From Nitrosopumilus sp. (GTDB taxonomy: Archaea; Thermoproteota; Nitrososphaeria; Nitrososphaerales; Nitrosopumilaceae): a stretch of DNA of 32,000 bases. This document shows positions 1-8,927 of the stretch, one piece after another. Under the pieces are notes generated by a model that saw only the letters and a list, made by a program, of their open reading frames with translations, was not told the DNA's origin and did no database searches. Location: assembly GCA_029862745.1 (NCBI GenBank), contig JAOTWS010000004.1:105314-137313 (forward strand), written 5' to 3'. Positions within the stretch are counted from its first letter, which is position 1, and each line of letters opens with the position of its first letter. The translations under genes were made by a program, and so were the position numbers.

Positions 1-2
1 AT

Positions 3-440
3 AATCGGGGATTTTCTATAAATGGAATTCACATCGATACAAAAATTGCTTTTGATAAAGATGGGTTTAATAAAAAAGGATACAACAGAGATGGATTTAA
101 CAAAGATGGGTATGATAAAAAAGGATACAACAGAGATGGATTTAACAAAAACGGGTTTAACAAAGATGGGTATGATAAAGATGGGTATGATAAAAAAGGA
201 TACGACAAAGATGGGTATGATAAAGATGGGTATGATAAAGATGGGTATGACAGTAATGGGTACGATAGTAATGGGTACGATGAAAATGGATATGATTTAG
301 ACAGGTACGATGAAAATGGATATGATAGTAACGGATATGACAGACTAGGATATGATCACCTAGGTTACGACAAAGAAGGATACAACCAAGAAGGATACAA
401 CAAATTCAATAAAAAGAAAAACGAAGTACACAGTGATTAA
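3..440 (+). CDS. 3' end of a gene truncated by the window edge; the C-terminal domain is built from 23 tandem pentapeptides x-G-[YF]-[DN]-x
   Basis: Frame 3 is open from nt 3 to TAA 438-440. It has no start codon inside the window, so it is absent from the ORF track. It translates as NRGFSINGIHIDTKIAFDK, then DGFNK KGYNR DGFNK DGYDK ... LGYDK EGYNQ EGYNK, then FNKKKNEVHSD*. The track ORF 22..300 is the same repeat read out of frame. Confidence 0.6.
   Translation, partial: NRGFSINGIHIDTKIAFDKDGFNKKGYNRDGFNKDGYDKKGYNRDGFNKNGFNKDGYDKDGYDKKGYDKDGYDKDGYDKDGYDSNGYDSNGYDENGYDLDRYDENGYDSNGYDRLGYDHLGYDKEGYNQEGYNKFNKKKNEVHSD
60..404. repeat. 23 tandem copies of a 15-bp unit (typical unit GAT GGG TAT GAT AAA), with higher-order ~45-bp duplications near 73-165
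   Basis: I counted codon by codon from nt 60. Every fifth codon position keeps GGR, TAY/TTT and GAY/AAC. The array degenerates toward its 3' end. Confidence 0.9.
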
Positions 441-613
441 GATCGGGAGACTTTTTGGTAGCTATTGCAGTCAAGCGTTATTTTCACAATACGTCAAACT
501 ATCTAAAATCAATTTCGAATTGCCATCATCTTCTTCTGGAGCCTCAATTATTATAATTTAACAAAAATCAGAAATTATCAGTCATGAAATTATCAAATAT
601 ATCTATCAGTTGA

Positions 614-838
614 TTATTTCTTGAATGGTCTTATTGCCTTGTAAGTTCCATCCTTTAGCTGTATGAATAGCGGAGGATATCCCTTTAGGTTTCCACGCCT
701 ATATGATGAGAAAACCTTTCTGAATGTGCCTTTATTTTTTGGTCTGCAAATAGTAACTGCCTGAACTGGAGTGAATGGCTCTTTTAGCTTTTTTGAGGTT
801 ATTGCCTTTACTACTTTGGAGTATACTTGTGGTGCCAT
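614..838 (-). CDS. Small basic hypothetical protein (74 aa)
   Basis: ATG ORF from the track. It is Lys/Arg-rich. Its tail ...LKDGTYKAIRP weakly resembles the G-x-Y-x-L end of winged-helix modules. No recognisable family. Confidence 0.35.
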   Translation of the reverse strand: MAPQVYSKVVKAITSKKLKEPFTPVQAVTICRPKNKGTFRKVFSSYRRGNLKGYPPLFIQLKDGTYKAIRPFKK

Positions 839-1134
839 TGTATGATGTTTGAATAATCTTCAAGTTAATATCAATTTGGTTGTAATATACCAAGAGAATC
901 ACCCATATTTGGAATTATTTTTAATTTCGTCAGTTATTTGAAGGCATAATGATATTCATCTACATTGTACAATGTTTCAGTTAAATGATTCATTTCAACA
1001 AAGCCCATCCTGGTACGATAACAACATCAGAAAATAAATTAAGATAATTTTTGATCTGAGGTTATCTTAAAAAAATACTTGAACTGTAATAAATTACAAC
1101 AATGATACTCCAATCCATTAGATGGGATAGATTT

Positions 1135-4100
1135 CTAAACTACAAATGCCAATACATTTTCTCTTTGTTCTTCTTGGTCTATATGAGATTCTAGTATTTC
1201 TTTTATTCTATAACTAGTTGACCAACCATGATACGCTGCAAATCCCATTTCTTTCCATTTTACCATGTTCTTCCTTGCAGCTTCTGGATGGGATGCAAGC
1301 TCGCTAGCTGATTCTATCTCCACTGATATTGCCTTGTCAGTCTCGTAACTGTACGCAATCAAGTCAGTTCTGTCCTCATCTTTTTTTACTGTCTGGTCTG
1401 CAATTGTTATGAAATATTTCTTTTGCAGATAGCTGTTCACTGCCTTTTTTGTAATATATGAAATGTCATCAGCTGAGCCAATCTTGATGCTATCAAATGT
1501 AAAATATTTAGATTTTGTATCCTCTGATAAAACATATTTTGTATTTCTGTTGTTCTCATCTACTACATCTAGTATCTTTTTTTTAACCATGTCATGTAAC
1601 ACATCAGACACATCATCTCTCTGGTTTGCATTTAGTTTTTCAGTAATTTGTCCCAGCTGGAGAGATACTGAATTGTTTTGGTGTAATAACAACATTATTT
1701 TCCATTGTATGTGTTCTGGAAGCGGTACAGTGATGTATCTCATCCATTTTATTGATTCAGTTTGTGCCTCTGATAATATTGATGTGGATTGTTTAACAGT
1801 ACTGTACTTTCTCTTTTGAGATGCGATAAATTCTTGTAATTGCTCATCAGTGTTTGCTATCTCAGGTGGTATTGGTAGCCAGAACTGTATTGGAGTTGAC
1901 TGTTCTTGTCCTGCTGTGACCCTCATCTTGTATGTCCAGTGAAAATCCTCTTGTGAGGCCATCTGTTGTGTTAACTCTTTTGAGAACTTTGTGTCCCATA
2001 TGCTGCCCAATCTTGATGCATCCTTGCTTGAGATTTGTCCTGCAAATTGAGTGCCTGAATTTCCGACAATCTCTTCTAGTAGTTTGTCATCGATTTGTGC
2101 CATGGTCTGGTGAGCCAATAACAGTCCTAGGCGATATGATCTTGCCTGCGATAGTATCAAGGGTAAAATCTGCAAATCCTTTACAATTTGGAATTCATCC
2201 AGAGCTAGAATCACTTGGCCTCTGTCATCTTCTTTTGTGTTTGATGCTCTTTCTAGTATTGTAAACCATAGTTTTATGACAAAAGCTTGAATTGCTAATG
2301 GTTGTATGTGATGAGCCAGATTCAATGTAGATATTCTAACTATTGTGTAGTGACCAGGCCGTATCAACTCCTCAAAGGATACTGTACCATGTCTTTGGCA
2401 GAATACTTTTTTTAAAATTGGATCAGTTGCAAACTGTTCTACTCTATTTAGTAACGGAACAAAGGAATCAGGTTTTAGTGATGCAATAGATGAGAGTGCT
2501 TGCTTTAGATCATCGCCTGGCATTCCTAAAGCCTTGAACATTGTTTGTAGATATTTTACTCCCTCATCTTGCAGCTGGATGATAATATCATACATGTCAA
2601 TAAATGTTGGAGAGTCATTTTTGTAATACATGTAAAATAATAAAACGCGAAATATTCTTTCCATCTGGACAAAGATCTGTTGTTGTCCGTACCATTCCTT
2701 TACCATTTCTAAAAAATATCCTACATAGCGTGATACCATCTCATCTCTTTTTCCTTTGGAATATTTTGGTAACTCAAGTGGATTAATTGAGAATCCAGTA
2801 TCTAATGGTTCTAAATAATGGATCATGCCACTATTCATTGAATTGCCATTGCACTGCTGGATGAACTTTATAGAATCCTCACCCTTGGGATCAAGATAGA
2901 TGAAGCTGTTTGGAAATACTCCATTAAGATTTGCTTCTTCGAGATGCTTTGCAATCACTCTGATTAATGATGTCTTTCCGCTGCCAGTTCCACCAACACA
3001 GTAGATGTGTCGTGAAAAGTCAATTGGCGATATTATTGCTGATTGTTCCTCAACTAGATTGCATTGTTTACCGTAAGAGATTTTTTTAGACTCTTCAAAA
3101 TATCCAATGTTAAATCCTGTCTTGTTTACAAGTTTTGATGGCAATGATACGTTTCGTGTAGTTTGGATGTTTCTTGTGGTGATTGGATTTGGCAGATGAA
3201 CAAACAAAGACAGTTCATTTGGATTCAAAATAAGAAATGGCATTGGTTTTCTTTTCTTGTATTGTGCTGCAAGTATAGTTTTTTTAAAATAATCTTTTAT
3301 AGATTGCATCATGAATTTTTTAGGATTTGGAATTAATCTAAAATCAAACATTGAGAGTCTTGGATAGTTCTTTTTTGTGTGGTTTATGGTAATTGGCGAG
3401 CCTGACTTTTTGTATTTTGGATGATAAAATGAATTGTATCTGTAGAAATACTGTGTTAGATGGTCATGTTTTGATCTTATCTGATCAAAAGACAAACGAG
3501 GTTTATTATTATTATTATCATCTTTTGATTGTATCAATCCACGAATACTCAATACAATCTGTGTGTTCTGTGTCTTTTCTCTAGTGTCTTTTAGCAGATC
3601 CTTGTAGTTGTTGTAAAAGTCTAAACCATTTTCTGGATTCTCATATGATTGTGTATTTGTAATGTCATCTATCCATGTTCTATAGTTTTTACTTGTGATA
3701 TTTTTGATTCTTGAATTTAATCTTCTTTGATGGTGTCTAAGATATGAGATGAAATTGTATGGTTCAAAGACAAACTGAATCCATGCGTTCTCATAGAGTT
3801 GAATAGAGTTTGATAAATTTGTAATCAGCTGATGATGTTGTTGTTGATTTGTTGCACTAGTATCCAGCATAGTTGAATAATGCCCATGTTGTAGTGATAC
3901 ATCAAATATTTCATAAGATGATTTTTGTGGAGAGAACCAATCAGGTGTGGTCTCTTGTTGAGATACAAAAGACACATTTGGATAAACATTCTGAAATGAA
4001 ATTTTGTAGTTTGCTAAATCTAATTTGTTTTGGGCAGATAAAACATACTTTAGCTGCTTGTTTTTTCCATCCCACCAGACCTCAAATGATCTAATGACTT

Positions 4101-4275
4101 CAGGTGCAGATGAAATCAATCCAGGAATTGTTTGGATTGCAGATTTTACATCCATAGATATTGGAACTTTTAGGGAACAACAAGAGACGTTAGAGTTTGA
4201 CTGTCCCAGAAAATTCCTTGTTTTGTCTAGTGAACCTAGTTGCTTTTCTTGTGATAATGACCAGAATTTGCCCAT
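1135..4275 (-). CDS. HerA/FtsK/VirD4(TraG)-superfamily P-loop ATPase, 1046 aa, with an uncharacterised N-terminal ~420 aa and a C-terminal wHTH plus Hjc-like PD-(D/E)xK-like module
   Basis: Walker A is CVGGTGSGKTS (aa 426-436, nt 2968-3000). Walker B is VILALDEFQ (aa 688-696). ARSYRLGLLLAHQTMAQI matches the R-x-[YF]-G...Q-x-x-x-Q motif of HerA/TraG-D_C families. LILNPNELSLFVHLP is typical of DUF87/TraG-like ATPases. The C-terminus DLIAY...AISVEIES resembles the Hjc pattern D-i-i-A...i-E-v-K-s, but with E in place of K. Confidence 0.8.
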   Translation of the reverse strand: MGKFWSLSQEKQLGSLDKTRNFLGQSNSNVSCCSLKVPISMDVKSAIQTIPGLISSAPEVIRSFEVWWDGKNKQLKYVLSAQNKLDLANYKISFQNVYPNVSFVSQQETTPDWFSPQKSSYEIFDVSLQHGHYSTMLDTSATNQQQHHQLITNLSNSIQLYENAWIQFVFEPYNFISYLRHHQRRLNSRIKNITSKNYRTWIDDITNTQSYENPENGLDFYNNYKDLLKDTREKTQNTQIVLSIRGLIQSKDDNNNNKPRLSFDQIRSKHDHLTQYFYRYNSFYHPKYKKSGSPITINHTKKNYPRLSMFDFRLIPNPKKFMMQSIKDYFKKTILAAQYKKRKPMPFLILNPNELSLFVHLPNPITTRNIQTTRNVSLPSKLVNKTGFNIGYFEESKKISYGKQCNLVEEQSAIISPIDFSRHIYCVGGTGSGKTSLIRVIAKHLEEANLNGVFPNSFIYLDPKGEDSIKFIQQCNGNSMNSGMIHYLEPLDTGFSINPLELPKYSKGKRDEMVSRYVGYFLEMVKEWYGQQQIFVQMERIFRVLLFYMYYKNDSPTFIDMYDIIIQLQDEGVKYLQTMFKALGMPGDDLKQALSSIASLKPDSFVPLLNRVEQFATDPILKKVFCQRHGTVSFEELIRPGHYTIVRISTLNLAHHIQPLAIQAFVIKLWFTILERASNTKEDDRGQVILALDEFQIVKDLQILPLILSQARSYRLGLLLAHQTMAQIDDKLLEEIVGNSGTQFAGQISSKDASRLGSIWDTKFSKELTQQMASQEDFHWTYKMRVTAGQEQSTPIQFWLPIPPEIANTDEQLQEFIASQKRKYSTVKQSTSILSEAQTESIKWMRYITVPLPEHIQWKIMLLLHQNNSVSLQLGQITEKLNANQRDDVSDVLHDMVKKKILDVVDENNRNTKYVLSEDTKSKYFTFDSIKIGSADDISYITKKAVNSYLQKKYFITIADQTVKKDEDRTDLIAYSYETDKAISVEIESASELASHPEAARKNMVKWKEMGFAAYHGWSTSYRIKEILESHIDQEEQRENVLAFVV

Positions 4276-4602
4276 GTGAAATCAAAATAGTATGATAAAT
4301 TTTGATAAAAGGACAACCTCCTAAAATATTCAGCAAAGTTTGTTAAACATACTCAGGCGTAAATTGCTAAATTAATTATTTATTTCTCTTCAGATTCATC
4401 GGCATTACTAATCTTTTTTTCAATGTTCTAGAGATGATGATCTCATTTTTTAAAATTATTTGGGAGAAATGAATTAGATTATGTAAAAAGCCCTTGAGAG
4501 TTGTCTAACTAGTTGGATTCCATTACATAAGATTCAAGGTATTAGAAAATTCGACATATCACAAGTACAAACACAATACACGTAATTGCAAAACAAAGAT
4601 AA

Positions 4603-4737
4603 TTATGGAATAGTAAGAGGATTCAATTCACACTTACATGCTTCTCTTTTACCACACCTAGGACAATTACAATCACAGTTTAGAAGAGGCGCCATACATT
4701 GGGAGCATTGTGTGTATTCTGCAAAATCATCTCTCAA
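4603..4737 (-). CDS. Possible 44-aa Cys-rich zinc-ribbon-like mini-protein (TTG start; internal ATG gives 30 aa)
   Basis: My own translation is LRDDFAEYTQCSQCMAPLLNCDCNCPRCGKREACKCELNPLTIP*. It has 9 Cys, including CxxC and CPRCG knuckles. It lies antisense to track ORF 4586..4777, which has no motif content. Confidence 0.25.
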   Translation of the reverse strand: MRDDFAEYTQCSQCMAPLLNCDCNCPRCGKREACKCELNPLTIP

Positions 4738-4978
4738 ATCAATCCCTCTAACAATAAACTACAATGATAGAACTTAACTAGAACATAATATTTCTTAAAA
4801 TTCATTAAAATTTTAAATAATTTTTAAACAGACGTTTATTTGTCATTACATTATCAGAAAATTGATGATTGAATTCAGAAATCATTTTTTTGATTTCATT
4901 AGAAATTTCCATAATCTACATCATGACGTTATCAATCATCTCGGTTAACTTTAAGTGTACAGTAAATTGTAGTTACTC

Positions 4979-5857
4979 ATGGGACAGCTAAACATTGCTG
5001 TAATTATAAAACTGGAACCCGATTTTTCAGAGGGAAATGTTAGTTACAATCCAGATGGCACATTAAACCGAGCTGAGACTAAAAATACTTTAGGTCCTCA
5101 TAGTGCAATAGCTGCACACGCAGCATTTTTTGGTAGAGTGATGTATGATGCAAAGGTTTCAATTGGAACAATGGGACCACCCATTGCTGATTTGGCACTT
5201 AAACAAGCTCAACAGATTTCTGATGCTGAAGAACTTCATCTGTATAGTGATAGATTGTTTGCAGGAGCTGATACGTTAGGTACTGCAGAAGTTTTAAAGA
5301 CTGGAATACATAAAATGAAAGAAAAAATGGATATTGTTTTTTCAGGGCATAGAGCTTCAGATGGAGAAACTGGACAAACTGGACCACAAACTGCATGGAA
5401 GTTAGGATTTACTTTTCTGGGAAATGTAATTAGTTATAGTGTTAATATGGAAAATAGAACAATTCGTGCAAAACGTTTGATCAGCTTGCAGGGCAGTTCG
5501 GATATTATTGAAGAAATCGAAGCGCCTCTTCCTGTATTCATATCAATAGATCCTACATACAAGTCTAATTTTGGTAAAGTATCTCAAAGACTTGCATTTC
5601 ATAAATATAAAAAAGAAGCAGCAACTCGAGCTAATAACTATAAAGAATATTTTAAAATATTTAATGCTAAAGAGTTAGGAGTAGATGAAACTCTAGTTGG
5701 ATTACCTGGTTCTCCAACTATTGTATACAAAGTTGAAAGAGTTCCAAAGTCTACTGCTACCAGACATGCAGAAGTAATTGATGGTTCAAATCTAGACCAA
5801 ATTAAAAAAGTGGTGACACAAATGAAAGAGGCGTTAAACGCCATGGTGATTAAATAG
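4979..5857 (+). CDS. etfB: Electron transfer flavoprotein beta subunit (EtfB/FixA)
   Basis: 292 aa. The N-terminal IAVIIKLEPD..., the TLGTAEVL and the SGHRASDGETGQTGP regions are typical of ETF-beta. It sits directly upstream of ETF-alpha with a 1-nt stop/start overlap. Confidence 0.9.
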   Translation: MGQLNIAVIIKLEPDFSEGNVSYNPDGTLNRAETKNTLGPHSAIAAHAAFFGRVMYDAKVSIGTMGPPIADLALKQAQQISDAEELHLYSDRLFAGADTLGTAEVLKTGIHKMKEKMDIVFSGHRASDGETGQTGPQTAWKLGFTFLGNVISYSVNMENRTIRAKRLISLQGSSDIIEEIEAPLPVFISIDPTYKSNFGKVSQRLAFHKYKKEAATRANNYKEYFKIFNAKELGVDETLVGLPGSPTIVYKVERVPKSTATRHAEVIDGSNLDQIKKVVTQMKEALNAMVIK

Positions 5858-7041
5858 TGGAAGAAAAATTTAGGCACCTATATGTTGTAATAGAACATGA
5901 AGGAGGGGAATTTCTTCCTGTTAGTCTTGAGATGGTTGGAGAAGCAAGGCGCCTCATAGACAATTTTAATTTGAAATATTCTTCAAAGGAAAAAGTGGTT
6001 GCAGTAATGTTAGGACATAACATAAAAAATGTCTCAAAAAAACTAATAGAATATGGTGCCGATGCTGTAATTTACTCTGACAATCCAGAATTAAAAGATG
6101 TTAGAAATACAATTTACACCAAAGTCATCAGTCAGATTGCACAAGACACTAAAACTTTAGGCGAGGTTGAATCAGAATATGCATCCGAAATACAGAGACC
6201 ACGATACATGTTCTTTGCCGCAGATAGCATTGGTAGACATCTCTCATCTACTGTTTTAACTGAACTGGAATCAGGTTTGGCATCTGATATTAACCAACTA
6301 GTAATTGAAGATATTGAAATGTCTCACCAACAAAAAACTGGAGGAAAAAAAGAAATTTATGCAAAGACTCTAGAAATGTACAGGCCTGACTTTTCTGGAT
6401 TTTTATGGACTACAATTTTATGTCTAGATAATCGTAATCCAGCTTTTCCAAGATATTATCACCCACAATCTTGTAGTATTATTCCTGGAGTTTTTGAATC
6501 ACTTAAACCAGATTCATCTCGTGATGGAAAGATAATTGAATTCATTCCAAATATAGATGCACAAGATCTAAGAGTCAAAATACTTAGCCGTCAAGTTATT
6601 GAGAGTGAAGTTGATTTTGAGACTCCAAGAACAATTGTAAGTTTTGGCAGGGGGATTAAAGAAGAACCAGAACAAAATATCAAACTTGTAGAACAATTGG
6701 CAAAAGAACTAAACGCAGAGATAGGAATCACTTTACCAATATCAAAAAAACCATTCCCAATAAATTCGAGTTTGGATGCAAAATACATGATTCCAGACAG
6801 AGTGATTGGAACTAGTGGACACAAAACAAGTGCCATGCTTTACATCGCAGTAGGAGTTAGTGGGGCGATGCAACATGTGTGGGGAATGAAAGACTCTGGA
6901 TTTGTTGTAGCAATTAATCCTGATGAAGATGCGCCAATTAAAAATGAATGTGATATTTTCATTAAGGGAAGGATGGAAGAGGTGATTCCACTATTAATTG
7001 AAGAGATAAAAAAACAGATACAAGTTGTGGAGACTGTCTAA
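5857..7041 (+). CDS. etfA: Electron transfer flavoprotein alpha subunit (EtfA/FixB)
   Basis: The C-terminal FAD-binding signature is LYIAVGVSGAMQHVWGMKDSGFVVAINPDEDAPI. The GTG start overlaps the etfB TAG. Confidence 0.9.
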   Translation: MEEKFRHLYVVIEHEGGEFLPVSLEMVGEARRLIDNFNLKYSSKEKVVAVMLGHNIKNVSKKLIEYGADAVIYSDNPELKDVRNTIYTKVISQIAQDTKTLGEVESEYASEIQRPRYMFFAADSIGRHLSSTVLTELESGLASDINQLVIEDIEMSHQQKTGGKKEIYAKTLEMYRPDFSGFLWTTILCLDNRNPAFPRYYHPQSCSIIPGVFESLKPDSSRDGKIIEFIPNIDAQDLRVKILSRQVIESEVDFETPRTIVSFGRGIKEEPEQNIKLVEQLAKELNAEIGITLPISKKPFPINSSLDAKYMIPDRVIGTSGHKTSAMLYIAVGVSGAMQHVWGMKDSGFVVAINPDEDAPIKNECDIFIKGRMEEVIPLLIEEIKKQIQVVETV

Positions 7042-8926
7042 TTTGGAAAAGTATGATGTAGCAATTATTGGCGGAGGATCTGCAGGACTTGCTGCACTAA
7101 AGCAATTATCCAATCTTGGAAAGCAAGCAATTCTATTAGAAGCAGGCTCTGAGGTTGGTACAAAGAACCTTTCTGGCGGAATTCTTTACTCAAAAAAACC
7201 ACAGAAAGGCACAGTGACAAACGTTGAAGAAATATATGAGAATTTTCTAGATGATGCTCCTTTTGAGCGTAAAATCACAAAATACATTTTACATTCAACA
7301 TCAAAAGACAAGGTTTACTCTATGGACCTCACAGCAGCTCACGAATATCAATCAAATTTTGGTTACTCTGTTTTACTAAACAAACTTAATTCATGGTTTG
7401 CAAAACAAGCAATAGAAACGGCTGAGAAACTTGGGGGTGGAGTTATTCCGGGAGTTCATGTCAAATCAATTTCTTGGAATGAATTAGGCAACGCGATAAT
7501 TCAAACTGATGAGTTGGATGATTTTGAAGTAAAGGCAGTGATTGCTGCTGATGGTGTAAATTCTGAAATAGCAGACATTGTTGGCGCAAGACCAAAGTTT
7601 ACACCTACTCAATTGTATCAAGGAGTCAAAGTAATTATAAAACTGCCTGAAGAAATTATTGAAAAAAGATTTGGAGTTTCATCAGATGAAGGTGCGGCAC
7701 ATCTCTTTGCAGGAGATATTACACTAAATCATATTGGAGGTGGATTTCTCTATACAAATTCTGACACACTTTCAGTTGGAGCAGTATACCACTATCACTC
7801 ACAGTTAGAAAATCCAACTGAGCCATGGGTATTGATTGATGCATTATTAAAAAATCCAATGATTAGTGAATTTATCAAAGATGATGTTCCAATAAAATCA
7901 AAAATAGATAAAAGCTTGCCACAAGAAGAACAACTTCGAGTTCGTTTTGCAGTTGCAAAACAAATTAAAAACTGGAATGAGATACGTTCATCATATTTTT
8001 CTTCTAGCGGGAAGAAACGTCTGATTGATTCAGGAAAATACAAGTCTGATGAGGACATTAAAACTAGATTAACTGAAATTGAAGACCAATTGAGAAGTTT
8101 AGGAGTATCTTTTGGTTCGGATTATGTTGAAGCAGAATATGGTGCAAAATTAGTTCCAGATGGGAAGAGATGTAGAATGCAAAAACCCTTCTTCAAAAAT
8201 ATTTTATTTGTAGGGGATGCAGCAGGTAGGGGAATTTTTGTAGGTCCAAGAATTGAGGGTCTTAATGTAGGAATTGATGATGGTGTAAGAGCTGCTAATG
8301 CTGTTGCACGAGCAATTGACAAAAATGATTTCTCTGAAAATTCTCTGGGCGAGTATTACTCTAAGGAGACAGAAAATAGTCCATATACTACAGATATGAA
8401 GCAGATCGATAAGAATTACCTAAAGATTTTCCTTGATGCAGCAAAAGATGTTCCAAAAGATATTATCGGTGCACGCTATGGGCCTATCTTGAAAATGATG
8501 TCAAGTGGAAAACTTTTAGGTATTACGGTCAAATTTGCAAATATTCTAGGCTATGAGAAACTGCTTCCAATGATAGAGTCAGAGGACACATACGTCAAAA
8601 TTCCAATTCAACTAGCTGAACGTTTAGGTAAAACTGTATCGCAATCTTATTCTCCAAGCATTCAATCAATTGCAGATAGAATTGGGAATCTAAGTTACAA
8701 TGATGATCATTTATCTCACATTAAGATACTAAATCCTAAAAGCGAATTTATAAAAAAAATGGTAACTCTTTGTCCTGCAAAATGTTATACAGAAGAGGAG
8801 GAGGAGGGGGGCGGAGGAAATGTCATCATTCAACATGAAGGATGTGTAGATTGCGGAACTTGTTCACAGGAAACAGAATGGAGACACCCTCGTGGAGAAA
8901 AAGGAATTCATTACAAATACGGCTAA
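7025..8926 (+). CDS. fixCX: ETF-quinone oxidoreductase-like flavoprotein fused to a ferredoxin-like FixX domain (FixC-FixX fusion)
   Basis: The N-terminal dinucleotide fold is YDVAIIGGGSAGLAAL. ILFVGDAAG is the FixC GDAAG motif. The C-terminal CPAKCYT...HEGCVDCGTCS is FixX-like. The start could be TTG 7025 or TTG 7043. Confidence 0.85.
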   Translation: MWRLSNLEKYDVAIIGGGSAGLAALKQLSNLGKQAILLEAGSEVGTKNLSGGILYSKKPQKGTVTNVEEIYENFLDDAPFERKITKYILHSTSKDKVYSMDLTAAHEYQSNFGYSVLLNKLNSWFAKQAIETAEKLGGGVIPGVHVKSISWNELGNAIIQTDELDDFEVKAVIAADGVNSEIADIVGARPKFTPTQLYQGVKVIIKLPEEIIEKRFGVSSDEGAAHLFAGDITLNHIGGGFLYTNSDTLSVGAVYHYHSQLENPTEPWVLIDALLKNPMISEFIKDDVPIKSKIDKSLPQEEQLRVRFAVAKQIKNWNEIRSSYFSSSGKKRLIDSGKYKSDEDIKTRLTEIEDQLRSLGVSFGSDYVEAEYGAKLVPDGKRCRMQKPFFKNILFVGDAAGRGIFVGPRIEGLNVGIDDGVRAANAVARAIDKNDFSENSLGEYYSKETENSPYTTDMKQIDKNYLKIFLDAAKDVPKDIIGARYGPILKMMSSGKLLGITVKFANILGYEKLLPMIESEDTYVKIPIQLAERLGKTVSQSYSPSIQSIADRIGNLSYNDDHLSHIKILNPKSEFIKKMVTLCPAKCYTEEEEEGGGGNVIIQHEGCVDCGTCSQETEWRHPRGEKGIHYKYG

Positions 8927-8927
8927 T

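Noticed and set aside
22-300. Track ORF of 92 aa (MEFTSIQKLL...MGMIKMGM...)
   Set aside because: It is the 15-bp tandem repeat read out of frame. Frame 3 gives a coherent xG[YF][DN]x protein that continues to a stop at 438-440 and is open to the window edge.
60-404. Possible CRISPR array, because of regular short repeats
   Set aside because: The units are contiguous 15-mers with no spacers, and they keep a single open reading frame. This is a coding tandem repeat, not a CRISPR array. I saw no other repeat-spacer structure in the window.
1463-4279. Several 60-118-aa plus-strand ORFs inside 1135..4275
   Set aside because: They are all antisense to the motif-rich 1046-aa ATPase gene. They are short, Cys/Leu/Phe-rich and have no motifs.
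4433-4500. GATGATGA (C-box-like) upstream of the ATPase gene, and a similar one at ~31153; considered as C/D-box sRNAs
   Set aside because: No CUGA D or D' boxes occur at the expected 12-nt guide spacing, and there is no terminal stem.
8792-8818. Purine run GAAGAGGAGGAGGAGGGGGGCGGAGGA, considered as a Shine-Dalgarno cluster or G-quadruplex
   Set aside because: It is in frame inside fixCX and encodes EEEEEGGGG. The G-tracts are mostly 2 nt long, so a stable G4 is unlikely. It is recorded only as a linker oddity.
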